From contig JAKFBS010000001.1 in the NCBI GenBank assembly GCA_036677065.1, positions 32,001 through 96,000 on the forward strand: a DNA stretch of 64,000 nt, written 5' to 3'. Source of the stretch: Bdellovibrio sp. Lineage in GTDB: Bacteria > Bdellovibrionota > Bdellovibrionia > Bdellovibrionales > Bdellovibrionaceae. The notes beneath the pieces were generated by a model. The model was not told where the DNA came from, ran no database searches, and saw only the letters and a program-made list of their open reading frames with translations. The position numbers were made by a program, and so were the translations under genes. Shown piece by piece: positions 9,559 through 19,408 of the stretch (its first letter is position 1; every line of letters starts with the position of its first letter).

Positions 9559-10928
9559 ACGATTCCACCGATAAGGTCGTATTCCATACTTTCAGTGATT
9601 TCAACTTGCACGATATCACCGATTTTAGCTAAGCCATCATTGATTAATACAACGCCATCAATTTCCGGAGCTTGCTGAGATGTACGGCCTTGTAATAATA
9701 ATTCAGTTTCTTCGCTGTAACCTTCAACTAAAACCTCAACTGTTTTACCAATGAAGGCTTCGTGTTTAACTTTAGAAATACCTTGTTGGATCGACATTAA
9801 GGCATCATGGCGGAAGTCTTTGATATGCTCTTCAATTTGGTCAGTCATTTTTCCACCTGGAGTGTTTTCTTCAGGCGAATATTTAAAACAACCTACGCGA
9901 TCAAACTGTTGCTCAGAAACAAATTTTAATAACTCTTCAAAGTTTTCAGCTGTTTCGCCAGGAAAACCCACGATGAATTGCGTGCGGATAACTGCATCAG
10001 GAATTTCAGTGCGGATACGTTTTAACGCGATTTCGATTTCTTCGCGAGTCATCTTACGGTTCATTTTTTTAAGAACGTCGTTATTGATGTGCTGTAACGG
10101 CATATCGAAATACTTTACGAACTTTTTGTTCGATTTCATTAAATCGATAAGTTCTTGCGTAATTCCATCTGGATATAAATACAACATACGGATCCACTGA
10201 ATACCGTCAACTTCAGCTAAGGCTTTTAATAGCTCGACCGGAGTCTCTTTAGCCGTTGGGTCTTTGCGACGTAAATCCCAGCCATAGTCTGTAAAGTCAT
10301 GGCTGATAATAATTAATTCTTTAACACCGCCAGCAGCTAATAATTTAGCTTCGTTAACGATATTTGGAATTGTACGTGATTGTAAGTTACCGCGAATTAA
10401 CGGAATTGCGCAAAATGCACAACGCTTCATACAACCTTCAGAAATTTTTAAGTAAGCTCTGTGTTTAGGTTGCGAATTCACACGCGGAGTAGTTTCTTCT
10501 TGTAAGTAAGTTGGCAAATTAAAGAACGTCTTCTTTTTGTCGCCGGCATCGTGGCTTTTTAAAATCTTAGCGATATTTTGAAATTCACCACTACCAACAA
10601 AAAGATCAGCTTCAGGCAAACCTTCAACTAATTCATCTTTATAACGTTGAGTTAAACAACCAGCTACAACAACTTTTTTGATTTGGCCTTGTTCTTTTAA
10701 TGCCGTCATATCCAAGATTCTTTGGATAGATTCTTTTTTAGAGTCTTCAATGAAGCCGCAAGTATTTACAACAACTGTGTCAGCGTCTTCAGCGTCAGCT
10801 ACAACTTCGTAGCCGTCTTTCATTAATGTACCGGCCATGATTTCGCTATCCACCAAGTTCTTAGGGCAACCTAAGCTGATAAAGTGGACTTTTTTAGGAG
10901 CAGTTTCTGGAGTTATTTTTTGACTCAT
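9555..10928 (-). CDS. rimO: Ribosomal protein S12 methylthiotransferase
   Basis: SLGCPKNLVDSE, NTCGFI, radical SAM CMKRCAFC, APEIDG and TRAM domain. Confidence 0.95.
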   Translation of the reverse strand: MSQKITPETAPKKVHFISLGCPKNLVDSEIMAGTLMKDGYEVVADAEDADTVVVNTCGFIEDSKKESIQRILDMTALKEQGQIKKVVVAGCLTQRYKDELVEGLPEADLFVGSGEFQNIAKILKSHDAGDKKKTFFNLPTYLQEETTPRVNSQPKHRAYLKISEGCMKRCAFCAIPLIRGNLQSRTIPNIVNEAKLLAAGGVKELIIISHDFTDYGWDLRRKDPTAKETPVELLKALAEVDGIQWIRMLYLYPDGITQELIDLMKSNKKFVKYFDMPLQHINNDVLKKMNRKMTREEIEIALKRIRTEIPDAVIRTQFIVGFPGETAENFEELLKFVSEQQFDRVGCFKYSPEENTPGGKMTDQIEEHIKDFRHDALMSIQQGISKVKHEAFIGKTVEVLVEGYSEETELLLQGRTSQQAPEIDGVVLINDGLAKIGDIVQVEITESMEYDLIGGIV

Positions 10929-11608
10929 TGGCTTACGACCTCGTCAGATTTAAGAGCATTGTATTTAAATAGTTTAGAAGATATTTCTGTAGTGAAGCTG
11001 GGCTTTTCAAAATTAATCTGAATTTCAGAACCCACATCGTCTGTATAAGAAAGCTGAGTTAACGTTTTATCTTCTTTTGAAAAAGACAGCGTCATATCTT
11101 TTAACGTTTTAGCTTTGTCTTCAAGTTTCAGGATTAAAGATTTGTTGTCGCTAGAAACTGTTTTGGTTTTAAAATTCGCAAAAAACTTTTTTGGCTGGCC
11201 AAACAAATCTGACAGCAAGCCTAATTGATTTTTACTGTTCATTTTTAAGAAAATAACTTTTCTTTTGCCATCTGGATCAAGTTCTTGATCTGGGTAGGCA
11301 ATTAAGTACGCCTTTTTGCCATCAAAAATCATTTCTGATTTTTTTTCGCCCTCAACAGATAAGTTTAATTTACCCAATTGATGGGTCATGACACCTTTAT
11401 CAGTTGTTTTCGTGCCTAAAACTTTTTTCTCGGTTTGCATTTCAAGTTTGATTTGCACACCAGATTTTTGATTATATTTTTGTAAGATCTTTTCAGCTTG
11501 TGCTTGATCACTAACGGCTTTTTTTGCTAACGCCAGTGATGTAAACGGCATTAATACCATAGCCGACAACAAAACAAAAAATAGACGAATTTGAGAGAGA
11601 AATTTCAT
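10925..11608 (-). CDS. lolA: Outer-membrane lipoprotein carrier LolA-like
   Basis: Signal peptide; MIFDGKK, D..G...I.F and LFKY LolA-fold pattern; next to rimO. Confidence 0.6.
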   Translation of the reverse strand: MKFLSQIRLFFVLLSAMVLMPFTSLALAKKAVSDQAQAEKILQKYNQKSGVQIKLEMQTEKKVLGTKTTDKGVMTHQLGKLNLSVEGEKKSEMIFDGKKAYLIAYPDQELDPDGKRKVIFLKMNSKNQLGLLSDLFGQPKKFFANFKTKTVSSDNKSLILKLEDKAKTLKDMTLSFSKEDKTLTQLSYTDDVGSEIQINFEKPSFTTEISSKLFKYNALKSDEVVSQ

Positions 11609-11627
11609 GCTCTTGGTATATCAGATT

Positions 11628-12308
11628 TTACTCAAATTCGATAGTCATAGTTTCTCGTCGAAACGCAGTCCAGAGTTCGATGTTTTTGGGACACACTTTT
11701 AGTGTTTTTAAAACGTTATAAGCGGCCTCAAACGAGGCCCCCGTAGTCATGACATCGTCTACGACAACGATCATCTGGTCTGAGCGCATTTGCTCTGTAA
11801 ATTCTTCATTCAGATTAAAGCTAATTTTACGCCGCTGTTCTTTGGTTTTTGTCTTTTGCTCAGTGACATCCGCAGTGTCGATCCTTAACAAAGGCAGCAC
11901 CGAGCCACCACATTGTTCTGCTAAAGCCTGCGCAAAGTACAGCGAATGCTTGCGGCTTTTGCGACTTGGAATCGGTATAAAAATAATTTTTCGGTCTATT
12001 GAAATTCCTTTTAACGAAATAAAATAACGGGCAATTTCACACCACAACGGCTCGGCGATCGGAGACTTTAACAGATAGACGTATTTTGAAAGAATATCGC
12101 TCGCTCCCGGAATCCATTTAAACAAATAGCGAAACCGTAAGCCGGATTTTTCTAATTCTTTGGCTTGGTCTACTGACGCTAAATATTGATCTAAAATATG
12201 ATATTCGCACTTTAAACAAAGCCCGCGGGCATGCACGACCAAGGATCCGCAACCGACACAATCAATAATCCATAACCGATAAAACCAAAAACGCAAATTC
12301 TTCCACAT
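11628..12308 (-). CDS. comF: ComF family phosphoribosyltransferase-like protein
   Basis: CVGC/CLKC zinc ribbon, IPIP, VVVDDVMTTGAS PRPP loop. Confidence 0.8.
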   Translation of the reverse strand: MWKNLRFWFYRLWIIDCVGCGSLVVHARGLCLKCEYHILDQYLASVDQAKELEKSGLRFRYLFKWIPGASDILSKYVYLLKSPIAEPLWCEIARYFISLKGISIDRKIIFIPIPSRKSRKHSLYFAQALAEQCGGSVLPLLRIDTADVTEQKTKTKEQRRKISFNLNEEFTEQMRSDQMIVVVDDVMTTGASFEAAYNVLKTLKVCPKNIELWTAFRRETMTIEFE

Positions 12309-12323
12309 GATGTGGTAGAACTT

Positions 12324-12339
12324 TGCAATTGTTTGGCCG
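12324..12339 (-). promoter_or_regulatory. sigma54-like -24/-12 promoter upstream of comF
   Basis: Minus strand CGGCCAAACAATTGCA with GG and TTGC at consensus spacing. Confidence 0.45.
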
Positions 12340-12345
12340 GATTAA

Positions 12346-12816
12346 TTAAATGTTATGATAAGGAATACGTTTTATAATTGTAAAACCGCGATAGATTTGT
12401 TCAAGCGCTACAGTTTCAGCGACTAAATGATTCATCACCATTTTTGAAAGTGAAACTTTAAGCTGGGCGCGACTTTTTACATCTTCAGAAACACCAAACG
12501 CCCCACCGATAATAAACACTAAGCGTTTTTTACCAGACATTTGCGCGGCTTCGATTTGTTTTGAAAACTGAATGGAATCCAAATCTTTGCCTTTTTCATC
12601 AAATAAAATTACGTAATCGTCGTTTGTGATTTTTTTTAGTAAGTCTTCTGATTCTTGTTTTTTCTTTGAGGCAGCATCATCACGATCGGATTTAGATGAT
12701 TTCAGCGAAATCACCTCGAACGGGATATAGGGATTTAATTTTTTAGTGTACGTGGCAACCGCATGATCAAACCATTCTTCTTTGGCTGTTTTGAAGTCAA
12801 ATAGAACGGCTTTCAT
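12346..12816 (-). CDS. rlmH: 23S rRNA pseudouridine-1915 N3-methyltransferase
   Basis: SPOUT motifs FIIGGAFG, EQIYRG, PYH. Confidence 0.93.
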   Translation of the reverse strand: MKAVLFDFKTAKEEWFDHAVATYTKKLNPYIPFEVISLKSSKSDRDDAASKKKQESEDLLKKITNDDYVILFDEKGKDLDSIQFSKQIEAAQMSGKKRLVFIIGGAFGVSEDVKSRAQLKVSLSKMVMNHLVAETVALEQIYRGFTIIKRIPYHNI

Positions 12817-12818
12817 AA

Positions 12819-13838
12819 TTATTTTGATCCGGTTTTATCAGTAAGGGTAAACTCTTTACCCTCTTTCCAAAGTTCTTCCATGCGGTATTCTTGACGAACG
12901 AAATCGTAGAATAAATGGACGATCAATGGACCGTAATCCACAACAACCCAACGGCCTTCATCAACACCTTCAACCCCTTGTGGGTAAACGTTGAATTCTT
13001 CTTTAACTGCCTGAATTAAGTTTTCAGCCATTGAAGCCGCATGACGCGTGCTCGTTCCTGAAGCGATTAATGTATAGTCTGTTGTAGTCGAAGTTTCGCG
13101 AATATCGTAACCACGAACCGCGATGCCTTTTTTATCAAATAAAACCTGAGCGCAGAAATCAGTAAATTTTTTGTAATCGCTGATTTTAGCATTCGCTACG
13201 CGGTAAAGTTTGTGTTCTTTGATATAGCTTTCTACCGCTAGTGGTAAAAACTTATCAACAGGACGGCCAACTCGTAATTTTTTGCGCAATTCAGAAGATG
13301 CGATATCTAAATCTTGTAAAGTTAAGAACTCTATTGAACGGCCAGTTGTTAACTCAACTGCGCCGAAGTCGCTTTCAGCCACTAAACCTGATAGAAATGC
13401 CGGAAACTCGCTTTCAGTTTCTGGAATTTGGTAACCCGGACGAGTTGTTACAACAATGTTTACTTCTGAAAGAATTTTTTTATAGTCTTTCCATTCGTTT
13501 AACGTTTCAAAATTATCTGCACCGATGATTAGGTATAAATCTTTTGATTCGTAGGTTTTGCGTAATTCTTTAATTGTATCGATTGTGTAGCTTTTGCCAC
13601 CGCGTTTTAATTCGATATCATCGATGTAGAAAGCATTACCGTAAGTAGCAAATGCCAACTGTGCCATTTTTAAACGGTGTTCGTCGGCCGCTGTTTCAGT
13701 CGGAACTTTTAATGGATTTTGACTGTTTGGGATAATGTGGATTTTATCAAAACCCATCTTTTTTTGTACGGTAGTTAAACTGTTAACGTGACCATTATGA
13801 GGAGGATTAAAACTTCCCCCGAAAATTCCGATTTTCAT
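12819..13838 (-). CDS. nadD: Nicotinate-nucleotide adenylyltransferase fused to ribosome silencing factor RsfS
   Basis: GGSFNPPHNGH, SYTIDT, IIGAD, IASSELR; C-terminal IASGTS.RH, WVVVDYG..IVHLF...R..Y..E.LW (RsfS/Iojap). Confidence 0.92.
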   Translation of the reverse strand: MKIGIFGGSFNPPHNGHVNSLTTVQKKMGFDKIHIIPNSQNPLKVPTETAADEHRLKMAQLAFATYGNAFYIDDIELKRGGKSYTIDTIKELRKTYESKDLYLIIGADNFETLNEWKDYKKILSEVNIVVTTRPGYQIPETESEFPAFLSGLVAESDFGAVELTTGRSIEFLTLQDLDIASSELRKKLRVGRPVDKFLPLAVESYIKEHKLYRVANAKISDYKKFTDFCAQVLFDKKGIAVRGYDIRETSTTTDYTLIASGTSTRHAASMAENLIQAVKEEFNVYPQGVEGVDEGRWVVVDYGPLIVHLFYDFVRQEYRMEELWKEGKEFTLTDKTGSK

Positions 13839-13841
13839 TCT

Positions 13842-14903
13842 CTATACCTGTTCTTTATCAGTGTCGTTGTCTTTAATTTTTGAAGCTAAGACTTTTTCAG
13901 CTAGCACTTGTAAAAGCTCGTTAATGTTTTTACCCGTAACGCCTGAAATAGCGTAACCAGTTACATTAAATTTCTTTTTAAATTGCTGTTTAATTTTTTC
14001 AATTTGATCTGCTGATAACAAATCAATTTTGTTAAATACTAAAATTTGTTCACGCGATGATAACGGAAAAAATCCGTCTTTGTCTTTGCTCATCTCATCG
14101 TATTTTTCGATTTCAAAATTGATATCTTGATAATCTTGAAGCGGATCACGGCCACTCATGCCAGATACATCCACGATATGAACAAATAAACTAGTGCGTT
14201 CAATATGTTTTAAAAATTGAATCCCTAAGCCCACACCTAAATGCGCACCTTTAATTAAACCTGGAATATCAGCTACTACGAAATTTGAATAATCGCCCAC
14301 TTTAACAACGCCTAAGTTTGGCGTTAAAGTTGTAAATGGATAATCAGCAATTTTAGGCTTAGCTGCAGAAATACGAGAAATTAATGTCGATTTACCTGCA
14401 TTCGGAAAACCGATAATACCCACATCAGCAATAAGCTTAAGTTCTAAAACGATTTCTTTCGTGTGGTTGTCTTCACCCGGTTGAGCATATTCAGGGGCTT
14501 GGTTTACGCTGGTTTTAAAAAACGCGTTACCTTTACCGCCACGGCCACCTTGTAAAAAGTTAAGCTCGTTAGTTTCAGTTAAATCAAATATAACATCGTT
14601 TGTTTCAGCATCGCGAATGATTGTTCCTTCTGGAACGATCATCACGAGGTCAGCACCATGGTGACCTGAACAATTCGATGCACCACCGTTTTGGCCATTT
14701 TCAGCGTGGTATTTTTTATAAGGCTTATAATCGACTAAAGAGTTGATGTGCTTAGAGGTTTTAAAGATAACATCACCGCCCTTACCGCCATCGCCGCCAT
14801 CCGGACCACCACGAGGAGCAAAAGATTCACGACGGAACGTAACAGCACCAGGGCCACCACGACCAGAAGCAACAGTGATTTTAACTTCATCAACAAATTT
14901 CAT
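13842..14903 (-). CDS. obgE: GTPase ObgE/CgtA
   Basis: MKFVDEV start, Gly-rich Obg fold, GFPNAGKST, DIPG, NKID. Confidence 0.97.
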   Translation of the reverse strand: MKFVDEVKITVASGRGGPGAVTFRRESFAPRGGPDGGDGGKGGDVIFKTSKHINSLVDYKPYKKYHAENGQNGGASNCSGHHGADLVMIVPEGTIIRDAETNDVIFDLTETNELNFLQGGRGGKGNAFFKTSVNQAPEYAQPGEDNHTKEIVLELKLIADVGIIGFPNAGKSTLISRISAAKPKIADYPFTTLTPNLGVVKVGDYSNFVVADIPGLIKGAHLGVGLGIQFLKHIERTSLFVHIVDVSGMSGRDPLQDYQDINFEIEKYDEMSKDKDGFFPLSSREQILVFNKIDLLSADQIEKIKQQFKKKFNVTGYAISGVTGKNINELLQVLAEKVLASKIKDNDTDKEQV

Positions 14904-14974
14904 ATGTCCTTTGCATGCCTTCGGCACGACACCTTTGCGTGCTTGCAGCACGACTTAGATCCGATTAAAGCAAT

Positions 14975-14998
14975 AAAAAAGGAGCCTTCAAGGGCTCC
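14975..14998 (-). terminator. Intrinsic terminator between rpmA and obgE
   Basis: Minus strand GGAGCC-CTTGAA-GGCTCC followed by TTTTTT. Confidence 0.75.
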
Positions 14999-15032
14999 CT
15001 CTTTATGCGAATGTTTGTAAGTGAACTACTTA

Positions 15033-15293
15033 TTACGCAGTTTTTGGGTAAACGCTAACTTTAAATTTATCTTTCGAAAATCTTTCAAATTTAACGTGAC
15101 CTAAAATCACAGCGTAAATCGTGTGATCACGGCCCATTTTTACGTTGTTACCAACATGGAATTTTGTGCCACGTTGACGAATGATAATTGTTCCTGATTG
15201 CACTAATTGGCCACCGAAACGTTTAACACCTAGACTCTTTGCCTGTGAATCCCGACCATTCTTGGTACTACCACCAGCTTTTTTACTTGCCAT
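15033..15293 (-). CDS. rpmA: 50S ribosomal protein L27
   Basis: [16 protein letters not shown]...LGVK...IIRQRGT. Confidence 0.98.
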   Translation of the reverse strand: MASKKAGGSTKNGRDSQAKSLGVKRFGGQLVQSGTIIIRQRGTKFHVGNNVKMGRDHTIYAVILGHVKFERFSKDKFKVSVYPKTA

Positions 15294-15320
15294 TGTATAC
15301 TCCGATTTCTCTTAAATTAA

Positions 15321-15926
15321 TTATTTCGTTTTCTTAGTTGTTTTTTTAGCGGCTTTTTTAGCTGCTGTTTTCACTGAGCGTTTAGAAGTAGCTTTTTTAG
15401 GAGCTGCTGCTTTCGCTGTAGCTTTCTTCTTAGGAGCAGCAGCTTTTTTAGCTGGAGCAGCCTTAGGAGCAACACCGTGAGCTGCTGCGCGGCCTAAACC
15501 GATGCCTGCTTCTGCACGAGCGCGTGAATCTTCAATTTTAGTTTGGATACGTTCAGCACGTAATGCCGTCATATCTTTTACTACTGGTTTACCTTCTGCT
15601 TTAGAAGATTGGCCATCTGGAGATGTGATAGCTTTAATGAATAATTCAGTAAATTCTTGTTTGTGAGTTCCAAATTTTCTGTAGCCTTGACGACGACGTT
15701 TTTTGAAAACGATCACTTTGCGAGTGCGAGCTTGCTTAGTAACAACAACTGTAACACCAGCGTTTTTAACTAATGGAGATCCCACGTGAGTTTTGTCACC
15801 ACCAACAAGTAATACTTCGCTGATTGTGAATTCTGATCCAAGATCTTTTTCGATCTTGTCGATTTGTAAAACATCGCCGGCTTGAACTTTGTATTGTTTG
15901 CCGCCTGTTTTAATAATTGCGTACAT
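15321..15926 (-). CDS. rplU: 50S ribosomal protein L21 with long Lys/Ala-rich C-terminal extension
   Basis: MYAIIKTGGKQYKV...VFKKRRR; about 100 aa extra with KKAAAP repeats; AAGGAG SD. Confidence 0.97.
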   Translation of the reverse strand: MYAIIKTGGKQYKVQAGDVLQIDKIEKDLGSEFTISEVLLVGGDKTHVGSPLVKNAGVTVVVTKQARTRKVIVFKKRRRQGYRKFGTHKQEFTELFIKAITSPDGQSSKAEGKPVVKDMTALRAERIQTKIEDSRARAEAGIGLGRAAAHGVAPKAAPAKKAAAPKKKATAKAAAPKKATSKRSVKTAAKKAAKKTTKKTK

Positions 15927-16162
15927 TCTTTACTCCTTGATTGGATTAACTGTCTTAAATAAGAGTGACCTTTAAATCATTTTTCGTCTGACCCTGTCAA
16001 AGCTAAATATTTTAATTTCAGTCTAGATTTTTCTTACTCTAAGCGACATGCCAAATACTCTTTAATACGATTTGGATGTTAATTACCGCATCATTAATGC
16101 TTATTTAAATTATTTTACGAATTACTATTGCCATTATTAATGGACTATGTTGTTATTGCTTT

Positions 16163-17269
16163 ATGGATGTTATCCATAAAAGAAGGATCGCCCCTCCCTT
16201 AAAGGCCCCTTTAAAAAAGAACTTATTATTACTTTCTCCCCGTCAAACGGGAAAAAGCTCTTATCTGAAGACTTTGTCTTCGGTAGATTTGTATCTAAAC
16301 TTGCAAGAGGCAGATACTTTTCGAAAACTATCGTTTCAAAAGAATATCATCGAAAAACTATTAACCCCTGAAATGAAAACTGTGGCGTTAGATAACGTTC
16401 ACCGTCTGCCATCGCTGCTTGATCAAGTTGAACATTTAAATAAAACGCAAAATGTGCATTTTGTATTGTCATCGTCGCAACAAATGAAAAAACATTGCGC
16501 CCTGACTATTGAAAATGCAGACACGATCTCGCTTTTGCCGTTTTGTTATGAAGAATTGCAAAACGAATTTAAGTTAGAACAAATTTTAAGTTTTGGTTCG
16601 CTGCCTTCAATCTATGATTTTGAACGCAAAGATGTGCTTTTAAGTGATTACGTAGGCCTTTTATTTCAGGCTGACCTTATTCAGTCAGGAAAAATTCGTA
16701 AGATCGAAAACTTTTCGCGTTTTTTAAACGTAGCTGCCGAATATAACGGCCAGTATTTACATTATGAAGAAATTGCTAAACTTTGCGAAGCGCCGGCACG
16801 CACTGTACGAGAGTACTTTGAACTGCTAAAAGAAATGCACCTAGGTTATGAAATCCAGTGTACGACATCGCGTAAAGGCGCTAAACGCTCTAAGTTTTAT
16901 TTTTTCGATATCGGTGTTGTGAATGCCCTGAAAAATGATTTTAATATCGAACAGGATTTTGAAAAATCTGAGGCCGCTTTAAAACACCTTATTCTAACTG
17001 AACTTATGGCTTACAAAAATTATCGTAAGCCCGACATGAAAATTGAATTCTGGTGTGATTATCAGGGTAACGAAATTGATTTTTTAATTAATAATGAGAT
17101 TGCCATTGAAGTGCGCGGCACTAAATCTGTGAATAGCCAGCATTCGCGCCGGCTTAAAAAATTCACGACTAAATTTTCAGTAAAAAAATCGTATCTGATC
17201 AGCCGCGACCCACAAAGCTTAAACGTTGAAACGTTTTTAAAAGATTTGTGGCGCGATAAAGTGATCTAA
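16163..17269 (+). CDS. AAA_14 ATPase-DUF4143 family protein (degenerate motifs)
   Basis: PRQTGKS Walker A, GSLP, KFYFFDIG, EIDF...AIEV. Confidence 0.8.
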   Translation: MDVIHKRRIAPPLKAPLKKNLLLLSPRQTGKSSYLKTLSSVDLYLNLQEADTFRKLSFQKNIIEKLLTPEMKTVALDNVHRLPSLLDQVEHLNKTQNVHFVLSSSQQMKKHCALTIENADTISLLPFCYEELQNEFKLEQILSFGSLPSIYDFERKDVLLSDYVGLLFQADLIQSGKIRKIENFSRFLNVAAEYNGQYLHYEEIAKLCEAPARTVREYFELLKEMHLGYEIQCTTSRKGAKRSKFYFFDIGVVNALKNDFNIEQDFEKSEAALKHLILTELMAYKNYRKPDMKIEFWCDYQGNEIDFLINNEIAIEVRGTKSVNSQHSRRLKKFTTKFSVKKSYLISRDPQSLNVETFLKDLWRDKVI

Positions 17270-17799
17270 TAATTAGTAATAAACGGTGCTGGCGATGGTA
17301 ATGGCAATTGATCCATATCTGCCGGGTACTGAACATTTTCTTTTGAACATGTGAAAGCCGCATTACCTGCGTTATCAACAGCTGCATAAAATGTCTGGGC
17401 GACTATTCCGCATTCTAAGCTAAATGGATTTGTGGCTTTACAGATTTTTTTCATGTTCGTTAAAAACTGATTGTCGCAGTCTAATTTAGATTTATTACTT
17501 GTCGTTGGTTCGTGGTGATAACACAGATCATGAATGATACAGGCTTTGAAAAATAAGGTTTTGTATTTTCCTTCAGGAGCTGAACAGCCGTTGAAATACA
17601 TCACTTGGCCTTCGGCATTTTTTTGCTTACAGGCTTCGCCCATTTTAACATTACCGGTTGCAGGACAAGTCCATTCAGGAACCAGTTCTCCCCCGGTTTG
17701 GATGCAGTATTCAGTTAATTGCTGATCAGCAAAAGCCGTTGAAACTAAGCCAAAAGTAAAAGTTAGACCAAGCGTAAGACTTACCAAAAGTTTTTTCAT
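17266..17799 (-). CDS. Secreted phospholipase A2-like protein
   Basis: Signal peptide (AFA), ACIIHDLCY catalytic motif, CDNQF, many Cys. Confidence 0.65.
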   Translation of the reverse strand: MKKLLVSLTLGLTFTFGLVSTAFADQQLTEYCIQTGGELVPEWTCPATGNVKMGEACKQKNAEGQVMYFNGCSAPEGKYKTLFFKACIIHDLCYHHEPTTSNKSKLDCDNQFLTNMKKICKATNPFSLECGIVAQTFYAAVDNAGNAAFTCSKENVQYPADMDQLPLPSPAPFITNY

Positions 17800-17808
17800 A
17801 TAATTTCC

Positions 17809-19323
17809 CTAATTATCGAAAATTTCGTATTGTTCTAAGTGGTACGTGGTTTCGATCTTAAAGGCAATCGAATGTCCAAAGCGCTTTTCCAGGTGTTCCA
17901 AAGTTTCATTTTCAACTTCGTAAATCCAATCCACGATTTGGGCGTGGCAATGTACGATTAAATTGCGCTTCGTGTTTTCTGTTAAACCCACTTCGCGTTC
18001 AATTTCACGAAATATTTCATTAGCAATTGTAGCTTTACGTTTAATATATCCCTTACCATCGCAATAAGAGCATGGTTCGCATAAAGTTTTTACAAGGCTT
18101 GGGCGAATACGTTTACGGGTCATTTCGACCAGTCCAAGTTCAGACATTGAGGTCACATTGGTACGTACACGGTCTTTTTTAAGCTCTTCAATCATCGCTT
18201 GCAGAACTTGTTCACGGTGTGATTCTTTTTCCATGTCGATAAAATCGATAATGATAATTCCACCGACGTTACGCACGCGCAGTTGATGGGCAATCTCTTT
18301 AACCGCTTCCAGATTGGTTTTTAAGATGGTGTCTTCTAAATCTTTTTTACCAACGTAACTTCCGGTATTTACGTCGACGACAACTAAAGCTTCAGCTTCA
18401 TCAACAACGATATAGCCGCCTGATTTTAACCAAACTTTACGTTCAGTGGCGCGTGAAATATCTAAATCAATATCATACAAATCAAAAAGCGGTTTTTTTT
18501 CGCCGTAATGAATGATGTTCTGTTTGTACTTTGGCATTAATTGCGTCACAAACTTTGAAACTTTTTTATAAACTTCTTCGTCATCAACCCAAACTGTGGT
18601 GACGTCTTCGCTCATCAAATCACGTAATGCGCGCAGCTCAACATCAAGTTCGGCATGCACTAAGCCTGCAGTTTTTTTCTTTTCATAATTTTTTTGAATT
18701 TCTTTTCCTAAACGATCTAAATATTCGATATCTGAACGAAGTGCTTCTTCAGTCGCACCTTCTGCGGCGGTTCTTACGATCACCCCACCGTTAGGATTGA
18801 TTTTTTGCACTAATCTTTTTAAACGCTCTTTTTCATTTTCTTCTTCGATTTTACGCGAAATACCAATGTGTTTTACATACGGCATATACACGATACCTCG
18901 GCCGGGTAATGAAATGTGCGTTGTGATGCGGGCGCCTTTTGTTCCCAATGGATCTTTTGCCACTTGCACCATAAGATGTTGGCCTTCTTTAATTAAATCC
19001 TGAATGGGAGTTTTAATATCACGGCTTGATCTGTAGTCTTGATTGTCGTCTTGAGGTTTATGATCGTCATCATCTGCAAAAAATTCTTTGCCTTCTTCAG
19101 TTAAAATATCACCCACATAAAGAAAGGCTGCTTTCTCTAGACCAATGTCGACGAAAGCCGCTTGCATGCCCGGAAGTACTCTAGTTACGATCCCACGGTG
19201 AACTGTCCCGACCCAAGTCGGTGAAGACTTACGTTCGACTTTTAAATCCATCAAAATCCCAGACTCGACATAGGCCACGCGTGTTTCTAACGGTCGAACA
19301 TTAATTAGAATTTCTGCTGCCAT
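17809..19323 (-). CDS. rng: Ribonuclease G/E family (catalytic domain only)
   Basis: GMQAAFVDIG, KGARIT, DVNTG, GGIIIIDFID, CSYC zinc link. Confidence 0.93.
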   Translation of the reverse strand: MAAEILINVRPLETRVAYVESGILMDLKVERKSSPTWVGTVHRGIVTRVLPGMQAAFVDIGLEKAAFLYVGDILTEEGKEFFADDDDHKPQDDNQDYRSSRDIKTPIQDLIKEGQHLMVQVAKDPLGTKGARITTHISLPGRGIVYMPYVKHIGISRKIEEENEKERLKRLVQKINPNGGVIVRTAAEGATEEALRSDIEYLDRLGKEIQKNYEKKKTAGLVHAELDVELRALRDLMSEDVTTVWVDDEEVYKKVSKFVTQLMPKYKQNIIHYGEKKPLFDLYDIDLDISRATERKVWLKSGGYIVVDEAEALVVVDVNTGSYVGKKDLEDTILKTNLEAVKEIAHQLRVRNVGGIIIIDFIDMEKESHREQVLQAMIEELKKDRVRTNVTSMSELGLVEMTRKRIRPSLVKTLCEPCSYCDGKGYIKRKATIANEIFREIEREVGLTENTKRNLIVHCHAQIVDWIYEVENETLEHLEKRFGHSIAFKIETTYHLEQYEIFDN

Positions 19324-19350
19324 ATTGGGACTCCTAGACGATTCGCTTGT

Positions 19351-19377
19351 TAACTTTCAAGACAGTTTTACCGAATA
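19351..19377 (+). promoter_or_regulatory. sigma28-like promoter upstream of pilT
   Basis: TAAC-N15-ACCGAATA versus consensus TAAA-N15-GCCGATAA. Confidence 0.5.
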
Positions 19378-19408
19378 ATAGTTTGTTAAGCAATGCGAGG
19401 ATAAAACA

